Part shown: one piece after another, positions 8,158 through 16,706 of the stretch | Layout of the letters: each line of letters starts with the position of its first letter | Position numbering within the stretch: the first letter of the stretch is position 1 | IMG/VR virus record: IMGVR_UViG_3300020043_000013 | Location: 1-24,967 of that record | Strand: one strand, 5' to 3' | Source: a virus | Lineage: Duplodnaviria; Caudoviricetes | Length of the DNA stretch: 24,967 nucleotides | Made by a program: the position numbers and the translations under genes | The notes under the pieces: generated by a model | Seen by the model: only the letters and a program-made list of their open reading frames with translations | The model's database searches: none | What the model was told of the DNA's origin: nothing

Positions 8158-9783
8158 ATGCCATATTCTATTACTACAAAAGATGGAATTACGATTCCAG
8201 ACATTCCTGATGATGTTGCACCAGATGCACCAGAACTAAAGGCAATGGTTGAAAGAATTCGTGCAAGTCAAAGACCTGCTGAAAAGCCTATGGCTTCTGC
8301 TCAACCACAACTATCTGCGGCTGATGTGGCAGTTAGTGCTGTAAAGAACTTTCCTAGTTCTGTTGGTTCAATGCTTGGTGATATTTATCAAGCTGTATCA
8401 AGTCCTGTTCAAACAACCAAGGCTGTTTTAGACCTTGGTGCTGGTGTATTGCAAAATGTGCTTCCAGAAAAACTGGTGCAAATGATTGGTGAGGATAAGC
8501 CTAGCCGTGACCTTGCAAGCAAAGTTGGTCAGCACTATGTGCAACGCTATGGTAGCGTAGAAGGTGCTAAACGAGCATTGGCTACTGACCCTGCTGGTGT
8601 GATGGCTGACCTATCTACTGTGCTGACTGCTGGTGCTACATTGCCTACAAGGGCTGCCCCTGCATTGGCGGCTTCTGCTCGTGCTGTTGACCCATTAATG
8701 TTGGCGGCTCGTACTACTGGAAAAACACTTGATGTTTTAGGTACTGCTACTAAGGGTGGTCTTGGATTGCAAACTGGCGTAGGCTCTGAGGCAATTGGTC
8801 AGGCTTATCAGGCAGGTAAAGCTGGTGGCGAAACTTCTGAATTGTTTAAAGCAAATTTGCGTGGTGAAGTTCCACAATTAGAAGTTCTTGATGCTGCCAA
8901 GCAAAACCTTGCAAAAATGGCTACAGAAAGAAGGCGTGTTTACAACGAAGGACTCAAAAACATTAAAGGAGATAAAACTGTTCTTTCCTTTAATGGTGTA
9001 GATAACGCAGTTAAACAAGCAATAGATGATATTTCGTTCAAGGGTCAAATTAAGGATGATTTTGCTTTTGAAAAATTAACAGAAGCACAAACAAAAGTTA
9101 ATAACTGGAAAAATCTAGACCCCGCTGAGTTTCATACTCCAGAAGGTTTAGATGCTTTAAAACAACAAATTGGCGGTATTCTTGAGAAAATTCCATATGA
9201 GCAAAAGACTGCTTTAACTTTAGTTAATCAGGTTTATAACGGAATTAAATCTGAGATTGTTAAACAAGCACCAACTTATTCAAAGACAATGAAAGCGTAT
9301 TCTGATGCAACAGATACGATTCGTGAGATTGAAAAGGCTTTGTCACTTGGAAACAAGGCAACAGCAGACACAGCAATGCGTAAGTTGCAGTCTTTGATGA
9401 GAAACAATGTTAATACAAACTATGGTCAACGCTTAAATCTTGCTAAAGAACTTGAGCAAGTTGGTGGTCGTCAGATGATGCCAGCATTGGCAGGTCAAGC
9501 CCTTTCTGAGTGGACACCAAGAGGATTGCAACGAGCGACTTCAATTCCTACTGCGTTTTTAGCGCAAGGTGTTGGTGGTTTGCCACTTGCAGGAGCGTCT
9601 TTAGTTACATCATCCCCTCGTTTGATGGGGGAAGCTGCTTATGGTACAGGTCGTGTCGCTAAAGGTTTGCTTGATGTACAAAACAGACTCCCAGACTTAG
9701 ACTATCCAACAATGTTCAATCTGCTTTATCAATCACAACAACCAATGAAAATTGATTTAACTGGAATGGCTAACCCCGACTAA
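8158..9783 (+). CDS. Probable DNA ejection / internal virion protein 3
   Basis: N-terminal IPDD motif, helical, C-terminal SSPRLMGEAAY..G; position before the tail fibre. Confidence 0.55.
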   Translation: MPYSITTKDGITIPDIPDDVAPDAPELKAMVERIRASQRPAEKPMASAQPQLSAADVAVSAVKNFPSSVGSMLGDIYQAVSSPVQTTKAVLDLGAGVLQNVLPEKLVQMIGEDKPSRDLASKVGQHYVQRYGSVEGAKRALATDPAGVMADLSTVLTAGATLPTRAAPALAASARAVDPLMLAARTTGKTLDVLGTATKGGLGLQTGVGSEAIGQAYQAGKAGGETSELFKANLRGEVPQLEVLDAAKQNLAKMATERRRVYNEGLKNIKGDKTVLSFNGVDNAVKQAIDDISFKGQIKDDFAFEKLTEAQTKVNNWKNLDPAEFHTPEGLDALKQQIGGILEKIPYEQKTALTLVNQVYNGIKSEIVKQAPTYSKTMKAYSDATDTIREIEKALSLGNKATADTAMRKLQSLMRNNVNTNYGQRLNLAKELEQVGGRQMMPALAGQALSEWTPRGLQRATSIPTAFLAQGVGGLPLAGASLVTSSPRLMGEAAYGTGRVAKGLLDVQNRLPDLDYPTMFNLLYQSQQPMKIDLTGMANPD

Positions 9784-9792
9784 GGAATAAAA

Positions 9793-12249
9793 ATGCCCAA
9801 GACAAAAATTAGTGAATTTAGCGCAACCCCTGCTAACAACACAGACATTGACTCGATCAACATTGCCGAGGGCTGTGCGCCCTCTGGTATCAACGATGCT
9901 ATTCGTGAGTTAATGGCTCAACTGAAAGACTTTCAGACAGGTGCTGTTGGTGACTCGTTTAACGGCCCTGTAGGAACGACTACTGCTGCGGCTGGTGCTT
10001 TTACTACTCTAGCGGCTTCTAGCACTCTTGGAGTAACTGGAGTATCTACCTTAACTGGTGGTGCTGTTGTTCAAGGTCTAACTATTGGTCGTGGTGCTGG
10101 TGGTGCGTCTTTCAACACTGCTGTTGGTGCTAGTGCTTTAGCGGATGCTTCTTTAACTGGCACAAGCAATACCGCAGTTGGATTTAGCGCACTTACTGCA
10201 TCTACGGGTGTTGCAACGCAAAACACGGCTATGGGAAGTCGTGCAATGATCACCAATACAACAGGAAGCCAGAACACGGCTATTGGCCCAAATGCGTTGC
10301 GCCTAAACACAACAGGATCAGCAAACACAGGTTTGGGTTTTGATACTCTTTACAACACCACCACCTCTAACAACACAGCCGTTGGATACCAAGCACTTCA
10401 ACAAAACACCACAGGATCAGGCAACACCGCTGTAGGTTATCAAGCAGGACTTAACAATACAACTGGTCTTTATTTGGTTGCATCTGGTTATCAAGCGGCT
10501 CGTTCAAACACCACAGGCAACGGAACTACAGCGTTTGGTTATGGTGCGTTATATGCAAACACAACTGCCAATGACAATAGTGCTTTTGGTATTAACGCTG
10601 TAACAGCAAACTCTACTGGCGCAGAAAATACTGGCATAGGAAGCAGTGCGCTACAGTCAAACACTACTGGTTCGTCCAACACGGCAATAGGTAGACAAGC
10701 TCTTGCATTAAACACTACCGCTTCCAACAACACCGCTGTTGGCTATCAAGCGGGATACTCCAATACAACTGGTGAGAGGCTGTCTGCTTTTGGTATGCGG
10801 TCTTTGCTGGCAAACACAACTGGTACTCGTAATGCCGCATATGGAATGGATTCGTTGACAACAAATTCAACAGGTTCGTACAACACTGCGTTGGGCACTG
10901 AATCTCTAGCCTCTAACACCACAGCATCTAACAACACTGCTGTGGGTTATCAGGCTTTATACAGCCACAATGGTGCAACAGGTAACAATGCCGCTGTTGG
11001 TTATCAGGCTCTGTACGCAAACACATCTGGCACATCAAATGTAGCGCTTGGTTTTGCGTTGCAAGCAAACACCACTGGCTCTGATAACTCTGCTGTTGGG
11101 TGGGCTTCTCTTTATAGCAACACTACTGGGTCGTATAACACTGGGCTTGGCCGATACGCTTTGTTCTCCAACACCACAGCATCTAACAATACTGCTGTAG
11201 GTTATCAGGCCGCTTATTCAAACGTAACTGGAACTCAAATTGTCGCTGTTGGTCGTGGTGCTCTTTACTCCAACACGGCAGACAACAATACAGGTGTTGG
11301 TGACAGAGCATTAAATGTAAACACCACAGGAACTGCAAATGCCGCATTTGGTACTGTTGCTTTAATTTCCAACACGACAGGTAGCAACAACACTGCTTTG
11401 GGTATGCAAGCACTCCAAGCCAACACCACGGCGGCTAACAACACTGCTGTAGGTTATCAGGCGGGGTATAGCAACAGCACAGGTCAATACAACACTTATA
11501 TTGGTGGGCGGGGTGCTGGCTACAACGCTACTGGAAGTCAAAACACTTTTGTTGGTGATTATGCAGGTCGAGAAGTAACGACAGGTTCTATAAATACACT
11601 TATTGGTCAAGGCGCTGGTTATTTAATTACTTCAGGTAGTAAAAACACAGTTCTTGGTTTATTTACAGGCAACCAAGATGGCCTAGACATTCGCACAGCA
11701 AGCAACTACATCGTGCTGTCTGATGGGGATGGGAATCCACGGGCGTATCACAACGGAACAAATTGGATTTTTAACGCTGGGTCGATGAGTACAGCATCAG
11801 GCCTTGCTGTTGGAACCACATCTCAACTTGGGGCAACTTTCTTTTTAGCGAGTGCCGTTCTGTCGGCTGGCGCTGGAACTTACCCGCTCAAATGGAATGT
11901 CAGTACTGGATATGTCACTTACGACACATCCAGTAGATTCGTAAAAGAGAATATCGTTGATTGTCCGTATGGTTTGATTGAGGTTCTCAAACTCAAACCG
12001 AGAAAATACTTCCGTACTGACGATAAACGTGATGAGATCGGATTTGTTGCTGACGAAGTTGTTGGCGTGATGCCTGAATTCGTACCCATGGTGCTGAAAA
12101 GCGTTTTCACCAAAAACGAACAAGACACTGAGTTGACCCCCGGCGGTGTCAATTACGAAAAACTTACTTCTGTTTTGGTCAAAGCTATCCAAGAACAACA
12201 AACCATAATCAATTCTCTCAAGGCACGTTTGGATGCCGCTAACCTTTAA
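9793..12249 (+). CDS. Tail fibre/spike with beta-helical repeats and C-terminal peptidase S74 intramolecular chaperone
   Basis: N-terminal anchor (NIAEGCAPSGINDAIRELMAQLK); about 31 NTAVG-type repeats; SSRFVKENI...LKP..Y...IGFVADEV..VMPEFV...VNYEKL..VLVKAIQE plus coiled coil. Confidence 0.9.
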   Translation: MPKTKISEFSATPANNTDIDSINIAEGCAPSGINDAIRELMAQLKDFQTGAVGDSFNGPVGTTTAAAGAFTTLAASSTLGVTGVSTLTGGAVVQGLTIGRGAGGASFNTAVGASALADASLTGTSNTAVGFSALTASTGVATQNTAMGSRAMITNTTGSQNTAIGPNALRLNTTGSANTGLGFDTLYNTTTSNNTAVGYQALQQNTTGSGNTAVGYQAGLNNTTGLYLVASGYQAARSNTTGNGTTAFGYGALYANTTANDNSAFGINAVTANSTGAENTGIGSSALQSNTTGSSNTAIGRQALALNTTASNNTAVGYQAGYSNTTGERLSAFGMRSLLANTTGTRNAAYGMDSLTTNSTGSYNTALGTESLASNTTASNNTAVGYQALYSHNGATGNNAAVGYQALYANTSGTSNVALGFALQANTTGSDNSAVGWASLYSNTTGSYNTGLGRYALFSNTTASNNTAVGYQAAYSNVTGTQIVAVGRGALYSNTADNNTGVGDRALNVNTTGTANAAFGTVALISNTTGSNNTALGMQALQANTTAANNTAVGYQAGYSNSTGQYNTYIGGRGAGYNATGSQNTFVGDYAGREVTTGSINTLIGQGAGYLITSGSKNTVLGLFTGNQDGLDIRTASNYIVLSDGDGNPRAYHNGTNWIFNAGSMSTASGLAVGTTSQLGATFFLASAVLSAGAGTYPLKWNVSTGYVTYDTSSRFVKENIVDCPYGLIEVLKLKPRKYFRTDDKRDEIGFVADEVVGVMPEFVPMVLKSVFTKNEQDTELTPGGVNYEKLTSVLVKAIQEQQTIINSLKARLDAANL
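10114..11658 (+). repeat. About 31 repeats of 16-18 aa (NTAVGxxALxxNTTGxx)
   Basis: Counted directly from the translation. Confidence 0.9.
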
Positions 12250-12260
12250 AAGGAAACATC

Positions 12261-12482
12261 ATGTCTGAAATCATTGAACAACCCACCGCAGAACAAATTG
12301 CCAAGCACTACAGTGCCGCACTTGATAGCGTAAACCTGATTAACGCAGGACAACCAGAAGGTATGACTGCCGAAGATTGGGCATCTACTGTTGCTCGTAA
12401 CAAAGAGCATTTGGTCATTATGTTGGCTAAAGACTTCTGGACAACAGAAAACCTTGCTCCTCTGCAAGCCGCATCAGTATGA
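12261..12482 (+). CDS. Small protein downstream of tail fibre (possible fibre assembly factor)
   Basis: 73 aa, AAGGA RBS, position. Confidence 0.65.
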   Translation: MSEIIEQPTAEQIAKHYSAALDSVNLINAGQPEGMTAEDWASTVARNKEHLVIMLAKDFWTTENLAPLQAASV

Positions 12483-12619
12483 AACTCGAATTAGAAGTAA
12501 ACGAGATTAACTTTATCTTGCAGACTCTTGGCGAACTGCCTAGCAAGTCAGGAGTTTGGCCTTTGATTCTCAAGATTAAAGAACAAGCTGAAGCACAAAT
12601 TCCGAAAGACGAGGAATGA
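12479..12619 (+). CDS. Hypothetical 46-aa protein (not in ORF track)
   Basis: MKLELEVNEINFILQTLGELPSKSGVWPLILKIKEQAEAQIPKDEE; ATGA-coupled and fills the gap exactly. Confidence 0.7.
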   Translation: MKLELEVNEINFILQTLGELPSKSGVWPLILKIKEQAEAQIPKDEE

Positions 12620-12620
12620 T

Positions 12621-12812
12621 ATGGAAGACGCTGCAACAAAAGCATCATCAGTAGCCACTTATGGTGGTGCTGGTAGTGCTGTTTTCTTTGGTTTATCAGC
12701 TAATGAATTTGGTGCACTCTGTGGTGTTGTGATCGGCTTTGTTGGTCTAGTGGCTAATATCTGGTTCAAACACCAACATCTCAAGATTGCTCGCAAGGAA
12801 GCTGAAAAGTGA
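12621..12812 (+). CDS. Holin candidate (HP1-like)
   Basis: 63 aa, hydrophobic segments ending N.WFK, charged C-terminal tail; GAGG RBS; first gene of the lysis region. Confidence 0.6.
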   Translation: MEDAATKASSVATYGGAGSAVFFGLSANEFGALCGVVIGFVGLVANIWFKHQHLKIARKEAEK

Positions 12813-12925
12813 GTTGGTTGCTTGTACTTGCACTACAAGCAGAATACCGATGTGTTAAGTGGACATGGACAGGTGATGTGTATAACCGAAAGGTTATTTG
12901 CCTGAAGTGGGAAAAGAAGAAATGA
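12809..12925 (+). CDS. Hypothetical 38-aa protein (not in ORF track)
   Basis: MSWLLVLALQAEYRCVKWTWTGDVYNRKVICLKWEKKK; GTGA overlap upstream and ATGA overlap downstream. Confidence 0.6.
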   Translation: MSWLLVLALQAEYRCVKWTWTGDVYNRKVICLKWEKKK

Positions 12926-13422
12926 TACCCTTAGACCCTTTGAGCGCCCTAAATAGCCTCCAAAGCGCCATTTCAATGGTCAAGAAGGCTAGTAAGGTAG
13001 CCAATGACCTAGGCGGTCTTGCGCCCATGATTGGCAAGATGTTTGATGCAAAGAGCCAAGCAACAAAGGCCATGCTTCAAGCAAAGAGGGAGAAGAAAGG
13101 CTCGAACATGGGTGCTGCTCTACAGATCGAGATGGCACTAGAGCAAGCCAGAGCCTTTGAAGAAGAACTAAAGATGTTGTTCATGCAGACGGGCAAGATT
13201 GATGTTTGGAACAAGATCAAGGCTAGACAAGCTGAGATGGACAGGGATGATGCTAGAGAGATTAGTGCTTTAAAGAAAGCTGAGAAGGAAGCCAAGGCTA
13301 AAGAAGAAGAAATGCAAGAGATCGCCATGATTATTGGTGGTGTTGCTTTTGTGATACTTCTTGTCTTTATTGGCATCAATGAGTTGATGAGCCTATGTCC
13401 GAAGGGCGGTTGTGGTAGGTGA
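12922..13422 (+). CDS. Coiled-coil protein with C-terminal transmembrane helix
   Basis: ATG 12922 is coupled to the upstream stop; charged helical body; IAMIIGGVAFVILLVFIGI TM segment. Confidence 0.7.
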   Translation: MIPLDPLSALNSLQSAISMVKKASKVANDLGGLAPMIGKMFDAKSQATKAMLQAKREKKGSNMGAALQIEMALEQARAFEEELKMLFMQTGKIDVWNKIKARQAEMDRDDAREISALKKAEKEAKAKEEEMQEIAMIIGGVAFVILLVFIGINELMSLCPKGGCGR

Positions 13423-13568
13423 ACGAATACCAGAAACAATTTGATTTGTTTTGCAGGGTGTTCTGCTACGGGTGTATTGCTTGGTGGTTTCTAGGGTTTC
13501 TCAGGTTCTTACCTGATGACTTGTCTAACAAGATTGTTAACCTTTTACTTGGAAAGATTGGGTTATGA
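13419..13568 (+). CDS. Hypothetical 49-aa membrane peptide (not in ORF track)
   Basis: MNEYQKQFDLFCRVFCYGCIAWWFLGFLRFLPDDLSNKIVNLLLGKIGL; GTGA/ATGA coupling at both ends. Confidence 0.6.
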   Translation: MNEYQKQFDLFCRVFCYGCIAWWFLGFLRFLPDDLSNKIVNLLLGKIGL

Positions 13569-13735
13569 AAATTACCACTTATCAAGAGAACGCTAGGATG
13601 CTGTGGGAGGCTCATAGGGTGATACACCAACAGAATATGCAAAGGTTGGCAGAACTCAATCGTCAATGCCAAGAGCAACAAAAAGCCCAAGAGATAAAGA
13701 CTCAATGGGTTAAAGCCGTGGATGTGATGGCATGA
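13565..13735 (+). CDS. Hypothetical 56-aa protein (not in ORF track)
   Basis: MKITTYQENARMLWEAHRVIHQQNMQRLAELNRQCQEQQKAQEIKTQWVKAVDVMA; ATGA-coupled. Confidence 0.6.
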   Translation: MKITTYQENARMLWEAHRVIHQQNMQRLAELNRQCQEQQKAQEIKTQWVKAVDVMA

Positions 13736-13744
13736 GATATTTGC

Positions 13745-13805
13745 TTGCAATTTAATTTGACAAGAGTAAAATGCGAAATGCCAAGTGGCGGTAACTACTT
13801 GGCAT
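13745..13805 (+). promoter_or_regulatory. Promoter and leader hairpin of the HNH-AP2 cassette
   Basis: TTGCAA(13745)-N16-TAAAAT(13767); ATGCCAAGTGG-cggtaa-CTACTTGGCAT hairpin at 13778-13805. Confidence 0.55.
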
Positions 13806-13834
13806 CTCTAACCTAAATGATGAAAGGACATCAA

Positions 13835-14341
13835 ATGGCTGAAATTAGTTTATCACGAGAGCGTTTGTGCGAGTTGCTTGAGGTAGATACCGAAAAAGGA
13901 ATCTTTACTTGGCGAAACACAATGGGTGGAAAAGCACAAAAAGGTCAGCAAGCAGGTTCAAAACAGAAGATTGGCTATGTTTTGATAAGGCTTGACCAGA
14001 AGGATTACTACGCACATAGGTTGATGTGGTTGTATGTTTATGGTGCAATACCACTATTACAGATAGACCATATTAATCGAAACAAAGAAGATAACAGACC
14101 TAGCAATTTGAGGTTGGCAACACAAAAACAAAATAGTGAAAATTTGTTCAGACCAAAACAGAATACATCAGGGTTTCGAGGTGTTCGGTTTGAGGCTAGG
14201 CTGAAGTCAAAACCTTGGTCTGCTTGTATAACAAACAATTACAAACAGAAGCATTTGGGATATTACGCAACAATGGAAGAAGCAATTATTGCAAGACAAG
14301 CTGCTGAAGATGCACTTTTCACACATCACATAAGACAATGA
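13835..14341 (+). CDS. HNH-AP2 homing endonuclease
   Basis: AHRLMWLYVYG..P..QIDHINR...DNR..NLRLAT..QN..N; NTSGFRGV...W.A.I......HLGYY.T.EEA..AR (AP2 domain); AAAGGA RBS favours ATG 13835. Confidence 0.92.
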   Translation: MAEISLSRERLCELLEVDTEKGIFTWRNTMGGKAQKGQQAGSKQKIGYVLIRLDQKDYYAHRLMWLYVYGAIPLLQIDHINRNKEDNRPSNLRLATQKQNSENLFRPKQNTSGFRGVRFEARLKSKPWSACITNNYKQKHLGYYATMEEAIIARQAAEDALFTHHIRQ

Positions 14342-14550
14342 AAAAAATTATTCTTGTTATTGTTGCACTTTTTTTGTCTGGTTGCTTTGAAGACAGGTAT
14401 CGCTACTTCTGCCAAAACCCCGATAATTTTGTTCACGCTAGCTGCCAGAAGCCTAAGTGCTTATTTACCCAGACTTGCCCTGAGTATTTAGTAGCCCCTA
14501 TTCTTGAAAAGAAAGTCAACGATGTACAAGAAACAAAGACCAACAATTGA
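14338..14550 (+). CDS. Small Cys-rich lipoprotein
   Basis: MKKIILVIVALF-LSGC lipobox; four further Cys. Confidence 0.75.
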   Translation: MKKIILVIVALFLSGCFEDRYRYFCQNPDNFVHASCQKPKCLFTQTCPEYLVAPILEKKVNDVQETKTNN

Positions 14551-15007
14551 GGAAGTAGAAACCTATGTATGGGGCTTTGTGGTCGTTATGGTCACATTGA
14601 TTCTTTGCTTTATTGTTATTGCTTTGCTCTACTCTGTTACTTTTGTGACTCAGCCTATTAAGAGTATGGCCCCGATAGATATGGCCTACACCAAGATGCT
14701 GAACGACATTGTTCTGCTGATCGTTGGTGGTATCGGTGGAGTTATCGGTAAGAAGGGTGTAGGAACAGCTTTAAACGCCATCCAAGGCACTCCAACACCG
14801 ACTCCTAGTCCTACCCCTCCTCCAGTAGTTCAAGCACCTGTAGCCTCATGGTCTCCAACATCGTCAGCACCTAACTGGCTCAACTTTAAGAACCCTGATC
14901 TAGATGAGTCATGGACACCTCCTCCTCCTCCAACTACTCCTCCTGAATTGCTAGAAGCAGATCACGATAGAGAGCAATTGGCTATGGCTCGTAAAGAGGT
15001 GGGCTAA
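14522..15007 (+). CDS. Two-TM membrane protein with Pro/Thr-rich C-terminal tail
   Basis: WGFVVVMVTLILCFIVIALLY and DIVLLIVGGIGGVIG segments; PTPTPSPTPPP and PPPPPTTPP runs. Confidence 0.7.
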   Translation: MYKKQRPTIEEVETYVWGFVVVMVTLILCFIVIALLYSVTFVTQPIKSMAPIDMAYTKMLNDIVLLIVGGIGGVIGKKGVGTALNAIQGTPTPTPSPTPPPVVQAPVASWSPTSSAPNWLNFKNPDLDESWTPPPPPTTPPELLEADHDREQLAMARKEVG

Positions 15008-15501
15008 TGTTTGGCATACCACTACCTTGGGTTCTGGTTGTTCTTTGTATAACCTTATTTGGAACTTACAGAGGTGGCTATCACTTTGGTTGGTCAGACA
15101 GAGATAAAGAGATGCAGATTGAGATTGCTCGCAAGAATGAGGAATCTCGTCAAACTGAACAGAAACTTAACGAACAATTAAACGCTACTGCTGGTAAACT
15201 TTTGGAGGTTAACAATGTTGTCACTCAGAAACAGTCTGCTCTTGATCGTGCTATTCGGGATGGCAGGGTGCGCCTCCCCTCCCCAAGTTGTGTACAAGCC
15301 CCCACAAGTACCCCCATTGCCCCCACAAATCCAGAAACAACCAGTCAACCTGACAGACCGACTGACACAGCTTCTGATGCCGAGCGAGCAACCCTCCAAG
15401 CCATCGCAGAAATAGTGGCGGCTGGTGATCGTAATACTGCGGCTCTTAATGCTTGCGTTGATTCGTACAATGAAATGAGAGAATTGTTAAATGGTAAATA
15501 A
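15007..15501 (+). CDS. Rz: Inner-membrane spanin (Rz-like)
   Basis: N-terminal TM, coiled coil, IRDGRVRL, GD.....LNAC...Y; contains a nested lipoprotein gene; adjacent to the endolysin. Confidence 0.85.
   Translation: MFGIPLPWVLVVLCITLFGTYRGGYHFGWSDRDKEMQIEIARKNEESRQTEQKLNEQLNATAGKLLEVNNVVTQKQSALDRAIRDGRVRLPSPSCVQAPTSTPIAPTNPETTSQPDRPTDTASDAERATLQAIAEIVAAGDRNTAALNACVDSYNEMRELLNGK
15215..15415 (+). CDS. Rz1: Outer-membrane spanin lipoprotein (Rz1-like), fully embedded in the +1 frame
   Basis: Signal peptide with MAGC lipobox; Pro-rich mature part; GGAGG RBS upstream. Confidence 0.85.
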   Translation: MLSLRNSLLLIVLFGMAGCASPPQVVYKPPQVPPLPPQIQKQPVNLTDRLTQLLMPSEQPSKPSQK

Positions 15502-16090
15502 AGAACAACTTGCCAAACTTCACATTGGTGAACAATGGGTAGAGCCATTGAATGAGACTTTTGCTAGGTTTGATATTTCAACCCCTGCAAGACAAGCAGC
15601 TTTTATTGGACAAGCATCCCATGAAAGCGGTAACTTTAAAACGCTTGAGGAGAATCTTCAATACAGGGCGGAAACTCTGATGCGAGTATGGCCTAAGCGT
15701 TTCCCTACTTTAGAGTTTGCCAAGCAATACGAAAAGAATCCTAAGAAGATTGCAAATTCTGTTTATTCAAACAGGATGGGAAACAGGGATGAGGCGTCAG
15801 GAGATGGGCATCGTTTCCGAGGCAGAGGTCTTTTTCAGCTTACTGGGCATAGCAACTATTTTCATGCAGGAAAAGCACTAGGAGAGGATTTTGTTATGAA
15901 TCCAGACCTAGTGGCTACTCCAATGTATGCAGCCCTTACAGCAGGGTTTTTCTGGAACACTCACAAGTTAAATCAGTATGCTGATGCCAGAGACTATGTA
16001 ACCATGACTAAAAAAATCAATGGTGGAACAATAGGTTTAGCTGATAGACAGAAACATATTGCTCACGCATTAGAAGTGCTTATTGCTTAA
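15491..16090 (+). CDS. Endolysin, glycoside hydrolase family 19
   Basis: AAFIGQ..HES..F..LEENL.Y; FRGRGLFQLTG..NY; TKKINGG..GL.DR. Confidence 0.92.
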   Translation: MVNKEQLAKLHIGEQWVEPLNETFARFDISTPARQAAFIGQASHESGNFKTLEENLQYRAETLMRVWPKRFPTLEFAKQYEKNPKKIANSVYSNRMGNRDEASGDGHRFRGRGLFQLTGHSNYFHAGKALGEDFVMNPDLVATPMYAALTAGFFWNTHKLNQYADARDYVTMTKKINGGTIGLADRQKHIAHALEVLIA

Positions 16091-16382
16091 CAAAGATACC
16101 ATCTTTATTAAGATACCCTTTGCGGTCTTTAATCTCCTCGTATGCGACTTTAAAGCACTCTACAAGGTCAAGATCGGCACAAGCGCAACCCATCACAAGG
16201 GTCACAAGAATATCTCCGTATGCGTCTGCCATTTCAGCCCTGTCGCCTTTGGCAATGGCTGTGAATAGTTCTTGTAGTTCCTCACGAGTTTTAACTGCTT
16301 GGGCATAGGGTGTGCTGTTCTGGACAATCTGCCTAGCCTCACCCCATTGAATAACATCCATCTCAATCTTTGAGAACGACAT
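16080..16382 (-). CDS. mazG: MazG-like nucleotide pyrophosphohydrolase
   Basis: Q..K..EE..EL......D.....DA.GD..VTL ... C...AY.EIKDRKG. Confidence 0.85.
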   Translation of the reverse strand: MSFSKIEMDVIQWGEARQIVQNSTPYAQAVKTREELQELFTAIAKGDRAEMADAYGDILVTLVMGCACADLDLVECFKVAYEEIKDRKGYLNKDGIFVKQ

Positions 16383-16689
16383 CCCATTCCCTTTCATTTC
16401 TGCCTGAGTTTGATTTAACTGTTTTTCCTGTGAGTTGAATAAGCCCTAAGACTCTCATCTCGTTCAATCGTCTAGCGACTTGGTTGCCATCTAGGTTAGT
16501 CAATGCGGCTATTCCATCCTTACCTAGCGCACCATATTCTTGCAGACACGCTTGGATGATTCTGTGGTGGTCAGCTATGACTGGCTTGATTTCCTCTGCT
16601 GCTTCAAAAGAAGTTAGTGGGTCTGTGCTTCTGACTCTTGGGAAGTCAGGCATAGCAAAAATTCTTTTAAACGCTTCTTTGTAATCCAT
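16363..16689 (-). CDS. Winged-helix DNA-binding phage protein
   Basis: R.TDP.TS..AA motif; IAALTNLDGNQVARRLNEM...GLI..TG......SGR..REW; AAGGAG RBS. Confidence 0.7.
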   Translation of the reverse strand: MDYKEAFKRIFAMPDFPRVRSTDPLTSFEAAEEIKPVIADHHRIIQACLQEYGALGKDGIAALTNLDGNQVARRLNEMRVLGLIQLTGKTVKSNSGRNEREWDVVLKD

Positions 16690-16706
16690 TATTTTCTCCT
16701 TGAGGT

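Noticed and set aside
10114-11658. Tail fibre repeats as a CRISPR array or DGR template/variable repeat
   Set aside because: Repeats are in-frame and degenerate at codon level; no cas genes, no reverse transcriptase and no adenine-specific mismatch pair seen
13778-13805. Hairpin before HNH-AP2 as a terminator
   Set aside because: No U tract follows and it lies right at the predicted TSS; more likely a leader structure
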